Source: Nitrospirales bacterium (lineage in GTDB: Bacteria > Nitrospirota > Nitrospiria > Nitrospirales > UBA8639). Taken from it: a stretch of DNA of 64,000 nucleotides. Positions within the stretch are counted from its first letter, which is position 1. Each line of letters begins with the position of its first letter. The position numbers and the translations under genes are program-made. Shown piece by piece: positions 26,437-40,289 of the stretch. Below the pieces are notes generated by a model that saw only the letters and a program-made list of their open reading frames with translations, made no database searches and was not told where the DNA came from. Location of the stretch: the NCBI GenBank assembly GCA_965203295.1, contig CBDBCZ010000018.1, forward strand, positions 1,760,001-1,824,000. Direction: 5' to 3'.

Positions 26437-27423
26437 AACAACTACTACACAGTGGCAAAAAGAGATATATATAGAAAAAAGGAGAGTTCTAGAATGTTCC
26501 AAGAACAGGTGGCACAAGAACAGGTGGCAAGGACAAGGGAAAATCAGGAGTCAGAAGTCTATGTACAAGAAAACAGGAAAGGGCCTAAAGCATCTTTGAG
26601 CATGGTTACAACTACAACATGAACAATAGCTAATCATTGACATATCTCTAACAGACGTACATGTATGTACATGTGGATCGACAAATGTGACGTACATGTA
26701 TGTATTGCCACACTATTGACCCAGACGTGAATTTCCATGCCATAGAGTTTCCAGTATTCTCAATCGCGGCAATGTTATGAAAATGGCAGTGCTACATGTA
26801 CCAAAAGCAACTTGTACTGTACCAATTCATTCTCACTACTGTTGATGACAATTGTCCAAGTGCTGGATTTTAATAGCTTGGCCTAAGCTGAGTTGTGTGT
26901 ATTGTACGGGGAAAGGCGTCCGGCTGTTTTTTTAGACATGAAATGTCAGACTTGTTTGATCAGAGTTTGCAGGTGGGTAATTATAGCTGGAGGCCTGCCT
27001 GACTCACCTGCCTGGCTGCTATATACCACTTCAGTTCCCTCTGTGTGGCATCATTGTGGTCTGGTGGAGAGTAGAAAGAGGGAATTAATCAACTCCAATA
27101 ACCTTAGAGCAGTTACCCTCTCACGGCCAGTGAACTATAGAGCCTTTTTATAGAACTGAGTTAATTTTTTTGTGTTCCAAAGTCAGACTGACTGTGTTAT
27201 ATATCGATCACTTATCTGCCTGTTTAATACATGTACATCTAGATGTTTTGATACTACATGAGTGCACGTACTTAAATGTACTTTATTGTATGTTTCACTG
27301 TGTCTGTAATAGGGTCACGCTGTGGCAGCCACCTCCCTATAATGGCCACCATATGTGGCCCAACCTACATGTCGGTAGTGCACAGTGGACCTCGTAATAC
27401 CGTGGATACAACCACCTCTTATA

Positions 27424-27993
27424 CCGTATAGCGGGAAATTTTCACCCGGCGTAAATTTTCGCCAATTTCGCCAGTCAGCTCAAGTGCGAAAAATTAACCG
27501 GTGAAATTTTAACAGGTGAATTTTTTACACATAGTCAACGGTAGCATGCAGCTGCGAAAGTTAAGCTCACCATCGACTACCGGTATGGCTCTGCTGCAAT
27601 ATTTACCACATGGACAGCTCCCTGACTCAATGGGGGCACTGTCATCTTCGTTGCTATCATCGGCAATTGCGGAAGCGAACGTAGCCGTTACCAACGCTCG
27701 GCACAAAGAAGAGGCTACAAAGGCAAAAAGAGGGCCTTATACGTATGATGCTAAGTAATGAACTGAAGTCCAAATCGCTAGTGAGAACGGAGATTCTGCG
27801 GCAGCAAGACATTTTTCAACCTTCTCGAGACTGCTAAACTGCTGTGTTGAATGGAATAATTATTGATAATGCCATCGAATTTAATTTTAGACAATTGCAT
27901 GAGCGCGAAAATAAATCTGCCGAAATTTTCCGGCAATACTACGCATCTGGGTTTGGCGAAATTTCTCCTCAGCGAAAATTTCCCGCTATACGG
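27424..27993 (+). mobile_element. Internally deleted pogo-like (Tc1/mariner superfamily) DNA transposon
   Basis: TIRs CCGTATAGCGGGAAATTTTC / GAAAATTTCCCGCTATACGG with TA flanks. Retains an N-terminal transposase-like remnant MALLQYL..LPDSMGALSSSLLSSAIAEAN..KRGPY. Confidence 0.75.
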
Positions 27994-28199
27994 TATTACA
28001 GTCATTGTCCGAGGGTGAATGCTTACTATAGAGATTCCACTATAGGTTTGGGTGGATTAATTAAAATTGGAAGCCACGATAACTTTGTCCACTTGATGCT
28101 TACATAAAATGGGACAAAATAGTTATCTTAGGCTTCGCCCAGGATTCTACTACTTTATGGACACAATCACATTCCAAACGTGGCAATAGAATTATTGTC

Positions 28200-28780
28200 A
28201 GTGGGCTATTCAAGAATTTCAAATTGTATTTTTCAGATCAACATTTTACCAACTGGTAGCAAAGAAAAATGGAGGTGCAATTTATGTGAGAAATAGTGAC
28301 GTTAGCCTAACACAAAACATGTTTCAAAACAACTCTGCCTATCACGGAGGTACTCTATATGCTCACGAGAGCAGCAGAATTATGGTAACAAACAACACGT
28401 TTCTGAACAACATTGCCAAGGAAGGAGGTGCCATCTACGTCAGAATAGCATTGCCATCCTCACAGAGACAGCTAACGAAGGAGGCAGTCTTAATACTACA
28501 AATAGTATCCCAAACTTAACATTTTCAGAATAACCTCGCATATACTTATGGAACAACTCTGCAAACAACAACACATTCAACAGCGAACTTACACCAACAG
28601 AAAACAAATTTTAGAATAATACCGCTGATTACAGAGGTTCTCTTGATGTCAGAAGCTCTATGCTATCCCTCACAAGGAACACGTTTCAAAGAAACTCTGC
28701 TCATTTGATGGGTGGTACTCTTCAATCCGTTAACAGTAGCCTAAAGCTCATGAAGAACATACTTCAAAATAATACTGACG
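28200..28780 (+). pseudogene. Frameshifted fragment of a Pmp-like / parallel beta-helix repeat protein
   Basis: Repeated GGAI(Y) and FxNN motifs: GGAIYVRNSDVSLTQNMFQNNSAYHGGTLYA..NNTFLNNIAKEGGAIYV; further FQNN, FQRNSA..GG in shifted frames. Confidence 0.7.
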
Positions 28781-28784
28781 CTGT

Positions 28785-29022
28785 AGCCTCTGCCGCTGCA
28801 GTCTAATCTGTGAGAGCATCCCTAAGCTAGCTGCACTGCAGCCACCGTGGCCACGTGAACAATCTGGAATATTACGGAAACTATTTGAAATGTTATATTG
28901 AACCGCAAAACAATATGCAGTATGTACGTACGCACGTACACACGCATGTACGTACACCGTACGCACAGACAAATTCTCAATTGAACACACTAGTGCGGGG
29001 CTCGCTCATGCTCGCCCAATTA
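28785..29022 (+). mobile_element. Helentron/DINE-1-like non-autonomous element (cgta-type microsatellite plus terminal stem-loop)
   Basis: gtacgtacgcacgtac tract followed by GGGCTCGCTCATGCTCGCCCAATTA terminal hairpin. Confidence 0.45.
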
Positions 29023-30109
29023 TAAACATGCTGATAAGCTTCAACAGCTCCAAATAAGTGGAAGTGTTAACAATGTAGCTACAGAGAGTGGAGGAGGAGC
29101 TTATGTATCAAGTAATCATGGAGTACGATAGTACTCCATATGTAGGGATGGCACGGCAAAAAAATGGCGGCCCCATATAACGCGTACAAAATCATACGTT
29201 CAGAACTCGGCTTTGATTATAGTCATAGGCTTTTATGAGCCATATTATGACATCTCGAGTGTTTTCATCAGCAACAAGACTGTTGGCGTTGCTAGAAACC
29301 TTCGCTGGAGTACCAGACGGGCAAGTCGACACGGTGGAGGGGAGGGGCGTAATCGTACAATTCTTTCTTCTTTCTTCAGCCAGGCTAGCACGATAATGGC
29401 TGAAGCGATCACAATGATTCAAGCGTGAACAAGCTGGATATTCCCCGGGGTATTGCACTCGGAGCATAGCTTATTCAAAAAAATCGAATGGATTCAGCAG
29501 TGATTTACGAGTACTCTTGAGTGGACGCTTGCCGTTCCACGCCATTTAATGACTACTGTTCCGTTCCGTCCCGAGTTTTAGTTACCGCCCCGTACTTCAC
29601 GTGTTCGTCTATTTAACGCCCACCTTTGATCGTGCCAGCTGTCCGGGCCTGAGCTTCATCTTCTGGGTGTAAGTCACACGAAATCACACGAAAATTTAGC
29701 TATAATACACTTACTCACAAGGCTGATTATATGTTTGTTGGCCCTAGTCCAAACGGCTTCTGGCCAGAGATACTGTTTAAGAGTTGTAAGTTGTCCGCAA
29801 CAAATTTGCCTTGTTCTCTGGGCCTTTCTGTTTGCCTTTGTTATGTTTCATGAGCCACTTTTGTCTATGAATACTAGCACAAGCAGAAAAGCCTTGGAAA
29901 GGAGGTTTATCGCATCCGGACTACCCCTACCATCCGGAGCCCCCCTCGCTTACTCTATTGGAGGGGGCAGTCAGCTATTCGTCTTTGTGACACTAGAAAA
30001 TGCAATACATATAATTGTCCTCGAAGATAATTCATATAGAGTACGGTACTAGCTACTCCATAATAAATGCTAGGGCAGCTCCCCTTGCTAGCTGTAATGC
30101 CGACCTTGA

Positions 30110-31395
30110 CAAGAAAAGGGCAACCTCACATGCCAGTTACATAGCTGATCCTGACACAGAGACCTTTCCCCCCATGCACATGCAGACGAAGGCCTTCTTG
30201 GTGCTGACTGGGGTACAAATCGAAACCTATACTACATGCAATCATCCTCAAACACATTCCATCCCAACACTATCCCTATACCATACACAGTTACACCAAC
30301 ACATTTGTTACTACCTCCCAAAAAACACCCCAAAACAAGTTACAGAAAAAGCACTTTGCCAAAGTGCAAAAACAAGTTATGTAGGGATGCACTTCCACCA
30401 AAAAACACTTCCCCAAAAACCAATGAAACAAGCAACAGTGCACACCACAATGCATGCACAGACTACCCACACATCACAGTGCAATGCATTTACCGCGTAG
30501 CTACCATCCCTACATCTTTCCAACCACACCCACCACAATCTGTACCATGCCCCCATACTCAACAGCACACCGAATACTTCCTTTAACACACACAACCATC
30601 CACAATCATCATCAAGTTCATCAACCATGACACCTCGTCTCCATCCAACTTACTTCTTATATCCACAATCATCACATACTTTACAAAACATATCACCCTA
30701 CACTACAACCAACCCAAACCTTCACAGGAGCACTACTCCCATCAAAATGCACTTCGCTCCACCATTCACCATTCACAAGTACAATTGAGCAGAGCAATTC
30801 CTCACAACACCACACTGCCACCTACACACACAACTAACACAACCCACATCAACCACCATACAACGCACTCAACAAAGTTTCTACACTTTACCAAACGCAC
30901 CCACATTGACCTCCTCTACAAAGAACCTGCACACACAAATATCTCACAACACACTCACAAACTTCATAACACTCCACCTGGCATAACCAAACACCCCCCA
31001 AGTCCCTATACAAACACCATATTTTATGACTACATCCTCAATGACTCACTAGTCCACATTCTACAGTTTCAGCTACCTTCCACAACCACCACATGCTCAG
31101 TCATTAGCATTGAGCAATACGCACACACCAAATTACACTACCACTCTTCACATCTCACATATACGTATACATGGTTGTGGTGGGTGTGGTTGGAAAGATG
31201 TAGGGATGGTAGCTACGCGGTAAATGCATTGCGCTGTGATGTGTGGTCTGTGCATGCAATGTGGTGTGCACTGTTGCTTGTTTCATTGGTTTTTGGGGAA
31301 GTGTTTTTTGGTGGAAGTGCATCCCTACATAAGTGTTTTTGGTGGAAGTGCATCCCTACATAACTTGTTTTTGCACTTTGGCAAAGTGCTTTTTG
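30110..31395 (+). mobile_element. Penelope-like remnant with inverted terminal duplication (31172-31395 = reverse complement of ~30345-30540)
   Basis: The inverted copy is directly visible and contains a short internal tandem duplication. Decayed hammerhead-like motif at ~30197-30226. Confidence 0.5.
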
Positions 31396-34355
31396 TAGTT
31401 AGCATTGAGCAAATGACAACTTTGTGGGAAATTCATTACAATGTGGAATTAGAGCTTATTAAGGATGGAGTTATAAAGAAAGCACGTAGATTAATATCAA
31501 AGGAGAGAGAGGCAGGAATACTTTGTTTTTCGGTTGTCTTTACCACAATGCCCACAGATAGTGAAAATGTTTCCTTTATTGAAAGTAGTTACAGTGCAAT
31601 GAAAGAGCATGTGCTTTGCATGAAGGAGAGGGGTCAGGTTGTGCTTGTAGTTTATTTTAATACCAGAGTGGGAAAATCTTTCGAATTGGATGATGTAATG
31701 GTGAAGGAAAATGTAATGCAGTGGTAACAGGTTGATTTCCTTTTTGAATGAGGTTGAGCTTGAAGTCTGTAATGGCCGTGAGTTCACTGTGGAACCACAG
31801 TGAACTAGAGCTGGACCTCTGAAGCAGAAGTTTATCATTGATTATATATAGTTACTGATTTCAACTTGTTGCAGGTTTCAGGGAGTGTGCAGGTAGATAC
31901 AACGGATATAGGAAAATCGGATCACTTTCTGGTATGGATGGAATTGGGTAGGACTGTAAAAACCACGGGTTATTAAGGAATGGCGCATTGAACGGTTTCA
32001 GGACGAGGAAGGGAGACAGAAGTATCAGGAAGCCCTAAGTGGAGAAGTAGATGGGTTTCAAGGAAGGGTACGCCAATGGAAAACGCAGGGGATGAGGGGA
32101 TCAGAATTAGTGAAGGCAGTGGTTCAGGATTGGGGAGATACGGTGAAGAGGGTAGCATCAAAAGAAATTGTGGAAAAGGTGATAGTGTGTGGCAAAGCGG
32201 CGAGGTGGTGGGATGGTGAGATTAAAGAGAAGATTAGGTTGAGGAGACAGGTGTATAAGGAGATTAGAAGTGGCAGGGAAGATAAATGGGGGGGAGTATT
32301 ACAAATTACGTTCCGAAATCAAGGAATTGGTACGTTAAAAAAATTTGATGGATGGAATGAGGCGATTGAAAAGGCTAATAAAGATTTTCATGAAAACAGG
32401 AAAGAGTTTTGGGCATTTTTTGGCAAGACTTCAAAAGGTAGCCGTAAGGGTATTGCCTGTTTGAGGAGTACTTCAGGCTCATGTGTAACCAGTATAAGGG
32501 AAAGTTGGAAGTATTACGTGAGCATTATGAAAGGTTGGGTACAGCATTATTGGATGATCTGTTTGATGATAGCTGGAAAGAGCATATAGATAAGAAAATG
32601 ACAGAGTACATGTGTATAGCGAAATGTCTAGTTTGCAGAAGGATAAGGTTTTGGATAGAGGGATTAGTTATGCACAAATTAAAAAGTGTTCTGAAAGCCT
32701 AAAGAATAATAAAACATGAGGTAATGGTGGGCTAGTTGGGGAACTTTTTATGTACGGTGGCAAAGAGATGGCTAATGATAAATCTGTTGAAAGTCTAATA
32801 TGGGGTAGTTTGGACAGAGGAGAGTATTCCTAAACAATGGAGACAAGGGTTAATTGTTAGCTTGTATAAGAAAGGTGATGCTGAGGACCCGGGTAATCAC
32901 AGAAACTTTACGCTATTGAATGTGGTAGGAGAGCTGTTTTGCAAGATTCTAAATAATCGCGTAGTAAGAATCAGAAAGGGCTCTCCCTGAGGTTCAGGTA
33001 GGATTTAGAGAGAAAAGGAGTTGTGTTGATAACATCTCTACTCTAAATGAAATTGTACAAGGTAGAATGAGGGAAGGAAAGCACTTACGATTTTTTCTTA
33101 GATGTTCAGAAAGCATTTCACACAGTTTGGCATGATGGTTTATGGTTTATGGTTTAAGTTACGGGAACTAGGGATTAGGGGTAGGATGTGTATGACATCA
33201 CACAGAGTGCTGTTTTACTGGAGGGAGATATATCTGAGCCATTCAATATAGGTCAGGGGTGGTACAGGGTTGTAGCACGTATGTTGCCTATCCTCTTTTC
33301 CATTTCTATTAATCAGTTGTTAGATGAGGTTGAGAAGGCTGGGATTGGCATTACTGTTGAGAAGGATGTTAAGGTTGGGGGTCTTATGTTTGCTGATGAT
33401 TATGTAGGTTTAACTACTAATGCTGAAGACTTACAAGCCTTGATTAATGCAGTGCAGGGATTTTGTAATAAATGGAGGTTGAAATCTAACATAAAAAAGA
33501 GCGCTGTTGTGGTATTTTCTAAAGAGGTTAATACAGGGGCATGTACATGGAAGTGGGGAAATAAAGACATTCCAGAGGTTGTAAGTTACTGTTACTTGGG
33601 GATTGAATTTGCTAATAATGGTTCATGGGATAGTCATGTACAAAAGGTAATAAATAGTGGAAAGAAAAAACTGAATCAATTACACAGGTTTTTAAGTAAT
33701 AGGAATATCAGTAGAGCTGCAAGAAGTGTCGGTACTTCGCCCTACTTTAGAATGTGGTAGTGAAGTGTAAGCTTGTAATAAACGGCAAATAGCTTTTTGG
33801 AGTCTATTAGGATCAGCTAAAAAGATACTTGGCTGCTCTTCTAAAGCGTGTAATGAAGCAGTAAGGAGGGATATGGGGTCAGAATCTTTGAAAGGCAGAA
33901 GGGATAGATGCAAACATTAAGTGGTGGTATAAAGTCAATCATTTGGATGCTGAGAGATATCCTAGACTACTACTAGACAGTGACTGGGAAGTGAAGCCAC
34001 ATAGAGGTAGGCAGAGGAAGACCTGGAGGAAAAGTAATTAGTGAATTGTTGCTGCAGTTAAATCTAGACAGTCAGGAACTACTAGCTGAAGATTATAATG
34101 TAAACTTGTTTTCAGAGAGAGTAGATGAAGCATTGAGATACAGAGAATATACAGACTTTAATGATGGCTTAAGTTAAACTGAGTCTTTACAAGTCTTTTT
34201 GTAAGGAAATAGAATTAATTGCAGTGGGTTGGGGATCTAGGAACACGATAGATGTTTAAGTTTAGATCTGGTACTAATGGCCTGAATGAAGAATTAGGAA
34301 GATATATAGGGTGAAAATGATGATAGGCAGTGTAAGTTATGTTGGGGAAAATGTG
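31396..34355 (+). mobile_element. Degenerate non-LTR retrotransposon (LINE) ORF2: APE endonuclease, RT and C-terminal Cys motif
   Basis: VVLVVYFNTRVG (GDFN-like), SDHFLVW, WRQGLIVSLYKKGD, FLDVQKAF, LMFADDYVG, YCYLG, FKFRSGTNGLNEELGR. Many stops and frameshifts. Confidence 0.92.
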
Positions 34356-35240
34356 ACTACCATCCACTACTCCCTCATTTTGGCCAACACAGAGGAGACT
34401 CCATCGGCTCCAACAGCCCAGATCCACCACCCCCAGCCAATAAGCTACACAAGTGGAGGGGAACCATAACTGATGGGACGAGCATCGCTCATCACAATGG
34501 CTAAGGCTGACCACCACAAGGCCAACCAACATACCCACTTTCTTACCCACTGCTGACAAAACATCATTTATCCCCAAACCCAAACATACCTCCCAAAGTG
34601 ATTTCGTTAGGGATATCAATAAATTAGCATCTACTGTGTAACTACAATACAAGAAGTTTGCCCAAACTAAAACACCTAGGTCTGAGTTCCGTAGACCAGG
34701 GAGCTACGTAGCCCCACCAACCAGGAAACTGAAAATAGACGATTTTGTTGTTAAAAGTCAGATTCCAACTAAGGGCTATTGAATACACTCAGAGTAGTAG
34801 AAACACGACCTCAACAGTATTGGTACACTTTTAGATGTGGTACTACAGAATATATAACATAATGGATTTCATGATCACTTTTACTTCCGTCACTTTTATG
34901 GGTATTTCAGTGCCTTGTAAATGGCCCCAACACATGCAAACATCTTCATGGGTAACTTAGAAACTAGACTCTTAGAGAAAGGAGGGGTAAAGATCCTCCT
35001 ATGGAAGAGATTTCTTGATGTATTCATCATCTGGACTGGCTCCCAGGAGGAATTCATTGACACAACAGCAACTATCAATTTCAACCTACTAACAAGCAAT
35101 TATGTGCACACCACATCATTTCACCCCCCTAAAGCTGGTAAATCCATTAAAATAGAGGAGACTACTAGGGATATCTACAAACTAATTCTAATGAATCTAA
35201 CTTTACAACAATGATCGACCAATTTCCTAGTAAACTAGGA
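34356..35240 (+). mobile_element. Penelope-like retroelement RT fragment
   Basis: MAPTHANIFMGNLE...LLWKRFLDVFIIWTG matches the PLE RT pattern MAPxYANLFM...WxRYIDDIFxIW. Confidence 0.8.
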
Positions 35241-35795
35241 TAATCTGATGTACAAGAGAAACAGGAAAGGGCCTAAAGCATCTTTAAGCATGGTTACAAC
35301 TACAACATGAACAATGGCTAATCATTGATATATCTCTAACAGACATACATGTATGTACATGTGGATCGACAAATGTGACCTGCTGTGTAACAACCAGTAC
35401 TTTCGAATAAGTCAATTTTATGATACGTAACTATGCACAAACTAACTGAAATGTGAGTAGTTTTATGTGTGGCATTGCTGCCATGACAATACATACCAAT
35501 TTTAGTACATGCATGTATTGCCACACTATTGACCCAGACATGAATTTCATGCCATAGACTTTGCAGTATTCGCAATCGCGGCAATGCTATGAAAATGGCA
35601 GTGCTACATGTACGAAAAGCAACTTGTACTGTACCAATCCATTCTCACTACTGTTGATGACAATTGTCCAAGTGCTGGATTTTCACACAGCAGGTCACAT
35701 AGAACTTCTCCACAGTAATAAGTGTAAGTTACACAGGAGGAAAAGGAAATTATATATCCTTACATATCTCTCTTCAGAGTGTAGTTTAATCTTAC

Positions 35796-36656
35796 TCGAA
35801 ATTGTGTGGTAGTGCTAGCAGTTCCCCAGATGCAAAGGCTGGTAAACCACGAGGGGTCCTTATGTCCGCTTCCATTTCATCTTGCACTGCTGTACCTACA
35901 TGTAAGTACATGCACAGGCACAGCAATGTTAAAAAAACAGATGTACTCAGATGTACGTACATGTGGAAAACAAGCAAGAAACTTATCTTCAGAACTACAT
36001 AACTGGCCGAGTAAGAGAGGCTAGTACTGAAAATGTCATAGTTTGTAATTAGGGTGGATTTATCAAGCTCCTTCTTGAGCTTACATGTACATGTACTACA
36101 GTATTGCTGATCAACGTGCGATGAACGCTGTTAGATTAATTGTTAAGAAAATGAATTATGTATAAAAATGTTATCAGGCAGTTATCTATGGTAGAACAGC
36201 AAAATGTTTACATGCACTACAAGAAGCACACTGAGACTATGCAGAAACAGGAGGAACTGAGTTTAGTCAGAAGCTGTAGTAATACGTAATCAAACTAGCT
36301 GTAGACTTTCAGTATAACCACATACAATAAGTAATCACAAATGGCTGCATATTACAATTCTACTTTACCATACAGTTAGTGTCAGTCATAGTAGAATTTA
36401 CTAGAGCAGTTAACAATCAAGATCACAGCCTCTTTACTTTGTCTGCAATTAAGTCACTTAGCCTGCTAAAATTTAATGGATTGAATTTAATTGGCCTGTT
36501 TTCAGCCCCTGACATCTCAAAATTCATTGCGTCAGAAATACTGGAATGGGTTCATTATATAATGAGTAATATGCTGACTGTACTCACCCAGCATGTTCCA
36601 TGGTTCTTCCAGCACTGGAACCGACGTCATTAGAGACGACTTTGTCAGCCGCATAA
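35796..36656 (-). pseudogene. TRAPPC13: TRAPPC13-like exons 2 (36588-36656) and 3 (35796-35895)
   Basis: Exon 3 = (G)TAVQDEMEADIRTPRGLPAFASGELLALPHNF(E), resembling [33 protein letters not shown]. Phases join exon 2 in frame. Confidence 0.82.
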
Positions 36657-36666
36657 CTGTATGCAG

Positions 36667-37022
<356 letters not shown>

Positions 37023-37035
37023 TGTGTGTGTGTCG

Positions 37036-37098
<63 letters not shown>

Positions 37099-37364
37099 GT
37101 GTGTATGGGTGATGTGTGTCGCATGTGTATGTGTGTATGCGGTGTTCTAGTTTCACCGAACAGTGGGGACAAAGCTGATCAGAGGTTTTGGGGGCTCAAG
37201 GCAAGCCTAATGATTTTGTTATGCCCACGTGTGTGCGTGTATGTTATGATAGATAAAGACAGTCACATGTGTTTGCAGGGGGTGTTTTGGAGTGCACCAT
37301 GTGTGTGTAGTGGATGCAGTTTAATGCTTCTTTGTGCACACAGGTCTTTGTTTATACATATATG

Positions 37365-38460
37365 TATAAGTGTAAGTGTGTTTTCCTTCCCTAATTGTGC
37401 GTTGTATGATTTCATTTCGAGATAAAATGATATCAAACCAACTCCTTTTGAAACTCTCTAAATCCTACCTGACCCTCATGAAGAAGCCTTTTTGATTCTA
37501 ATCTGATTACTAAGCGGTTATTTAGAATCTTGCAAAACCTACCACATTTAATTAATAGTGCAATGCCTTTGTAATTACCCGGGTCCTCAGCATCACCTTT
37601 TTTATACAAGTTAACAATTGACCCTTGTCTGCGGAATAGTCTCCTCTGTCCAAACTACTTCATACAAACTTTCAACAGATTAGACATTCCTTCGCCACCG
37701 TACTTAAAAAGCTCCCCAACTAGCCCATCATTACCTTCTGCTTTTTATTCTTTAGGCTTTTAGAACATCTTTTAATTTCTGCTTAGCTACCAACCTTGAC
37801 TATTCCAGCTTATAGTATTCTCTATACCTCAAAGCCCCATCTACTATCTCAGTAATCTTCAGTACCTCTACACAGTTTCATTTCCCACTCTTGACTCTAT
37901 ATACGTAACCACCACTTAAGTTTGCACTTATTCCTCCTGCCTTTCAAAGATTCTACCCCTATATCTTCCTTTATTGTTTCATTGCATATTTATTTGAATT
38001 TTTAGAAGAGCAGCCAAGTATCTTTTAGCTGCTCCTACGTAGCTGAATAGATTCTAAAGAAGCTGTCTCCATATTAAGCCCACACTTCACTACCATACTC
38101 TAAAGTGGGGCAAAGTAACAAAATTAACACTCCAACTGTATTGATATTTCTAAGTTTTTGCTTTCCACTTTTAATTACCCTCTGTACATGATTGTATCAT
38201 GACCATTATTGACAATTCAATGACCAAATAACAGTAACTTGCAACCCTTTTATCTCCCCACTTCCATGTACATGTACCTGAACAATTAACCTCTCTAGAA
38301 AAATCATAACGGCACTCTTTTTTAATGTTAGACTTCAACCTTAGTTTATTACAAAATTCTTATACTATGTTTGTAAGTCCTCAGCAGTAGTAGTTACATT
38401 AGACCCCCACTCTTATTAACATCATACTTAATAGTTATTCCAATCCCAGCGTTATCTAAT
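37365..38460 (-). mobile_element. Degenerate LINE RT fragments (same family as 31396-34355)
   Basis: Reverse-complement similarity, e.g. gtaattacccgggtcctcagcatcacc and gagcagccaagtatcttttagctg. Confidence 0.8.
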
Positions 38461-38497
38461 TGATGATAAATACAAGTCTATCAATACAGTTCTATAT

Positions 38498-38785
38498 AAA
38501 CACGTGTTTAGAACCCACATACATGCCAGCCCTCGGTGGCAATCGAGTGTTTGACTCTATTAAAAATGGTGGGCCTTACCCGGTTAAATAAGAAAGAGTG
38601 GAGAGTAGAAACCGCTTTTGGTATAGCTATCAGGTACCCAAATTTAAAGGTCGGATTTAGCGATTGTTAAACCCTGTAAATCGCTAGATTGCAATTTATT
38701 TCATTGTACAGACAGACGACAGACAGACAGACAGACAGACAGACAGAACCAATTGCTTAACCTTGCCGCATATGCATGGGGTAAA
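38498..38785 (+). mobile_element. Helentron/DINE-1-like element with (GACA)n and 3' stem-loop; duplicate at 53099-53381
   Basis: (acag)n tract followed by ttgcttaacc...ggggtaa terminus. Confidence 0.55.
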
Positions 38786-40289
38786 AATGGAAAATAGAAT
38801 AGGTGACATACTACGTACAACCCTGTTCCACCCCTGGCCTACATCTGATTTTTCTCCATCCAAGGCCAGAAATGTGGCTTATGGTTTATGTTATGGTTAG
38901 GAGTAGGTGGGCCTTACCCTGAGCATGCAAACTTAAGGTTCTGTGATGTGCCAGTGAATATGTAAGATCATAGGAGGGCATCTACATAATTACAAAGAGA
39001 AACTGAGCTAAACAAGTCAGCTGCCACATGAATACAGCTACATGGTAAGAGCGGAACAAACAAGAGCATATACGTACAAGGGTATAATAGTGAAATGTCT
39101 AGTTCGCAGTTTTTGAATCAAACAGACGACTGGTCAAACGTACACTCTAATAACTCCCACACTATAGATCTATGTGTGCATTTTAATAGATCAATAATTA
39201 TATCATGCCAAGTTCATGGAAACTGGAGGGGCACCTTAATTAACCCTAGAACAGTAGCTACACAATCATGCCACTCACATGCCAGTTTGATGTAGCTTCC
39301 TGACTGCAACAGATTGCATTTATGTCAGTACAGAAATTTGAAATATCACTGACCTGTGTGGTAGAGGTTTGCAAAGCTGAAAACTTTATTGTGTAACAGA
39401 TTGTAATGGGCAAAGGAGTGTTTCTTATATGAAAGGCCTTGCAATTGAAAACATACAGCTGTAGAATATTCATAGCGTCTGGCTCACTAAAGTAGTTTCA
39501 CAAGCCAGCCCACTTACATTCTACAGCATCCATCACTTACAGTATTGGCATGTGGAAGAGACATGTGCTGATAGCCTGATGCTGACACTCTTCCACATGC
39601 CATGCTGATACTGAAACTAATGGGTTTGATTCTGTGACTACCACTGAAGTTACCACGTGCCCTTAACAGAGACAAGAAAAGTACAAGTGTAGGCCAGAGC
39701 AAGTTGTCACCCCACCCCACCAATGCCCCACAGCCCATGCACAGATGACACTCAAATCTACTTCTACAACAAATGTACACTTGTTTACACAACTGTGTGA
39801 ACAAACAAATATAACTAGGAGTTAAGATGCAAAAAGCCTTGTGTCAAAGTACCATTTGGTAAGTGTTCTACAAATACCTGTCCAATCCTACTAATGCATT
39901 TCTTCTGATTTGAAAGTATGTCCACGTATGTAATAGGGCCAATGCTCTGTAAGTATACAAACATACTATCATAAGTGAAGTACAAAGAACTAAAACACTG
40001 ACAGCTATTTGGGCTTTGTCAGTACGGTGATGGTGTGTGTAGCACCTAGAGCTGACCAGTAGCTACATACAGCTCTTAATTTGACTCACACCAGGAAAGC
40101 CTCCACGAATTAAAAGTGAACAAAGGTTTTACTGTAGTTTAGCTTTTCTCTGGTCTCCTAATCCTTCAATTACAATAGAAAAACAACTGATAAACATGAT
40201 TTCCTAAGTCAACCCAAAAGTTAGCAACACCCAACTGCCAGACACTGAAGCCAGACCCACTAATTTTCTCCAGCCCAGTTTAATCTTAC

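Noticed and set aside
31396..34355. Active reverse-transcriptase system (retron/DGR-like or intact LINE)
   Set aside because: Ordinary APE-type LINE ORF2 with numerous stops and frameshifts; no template/variable repeat pair.
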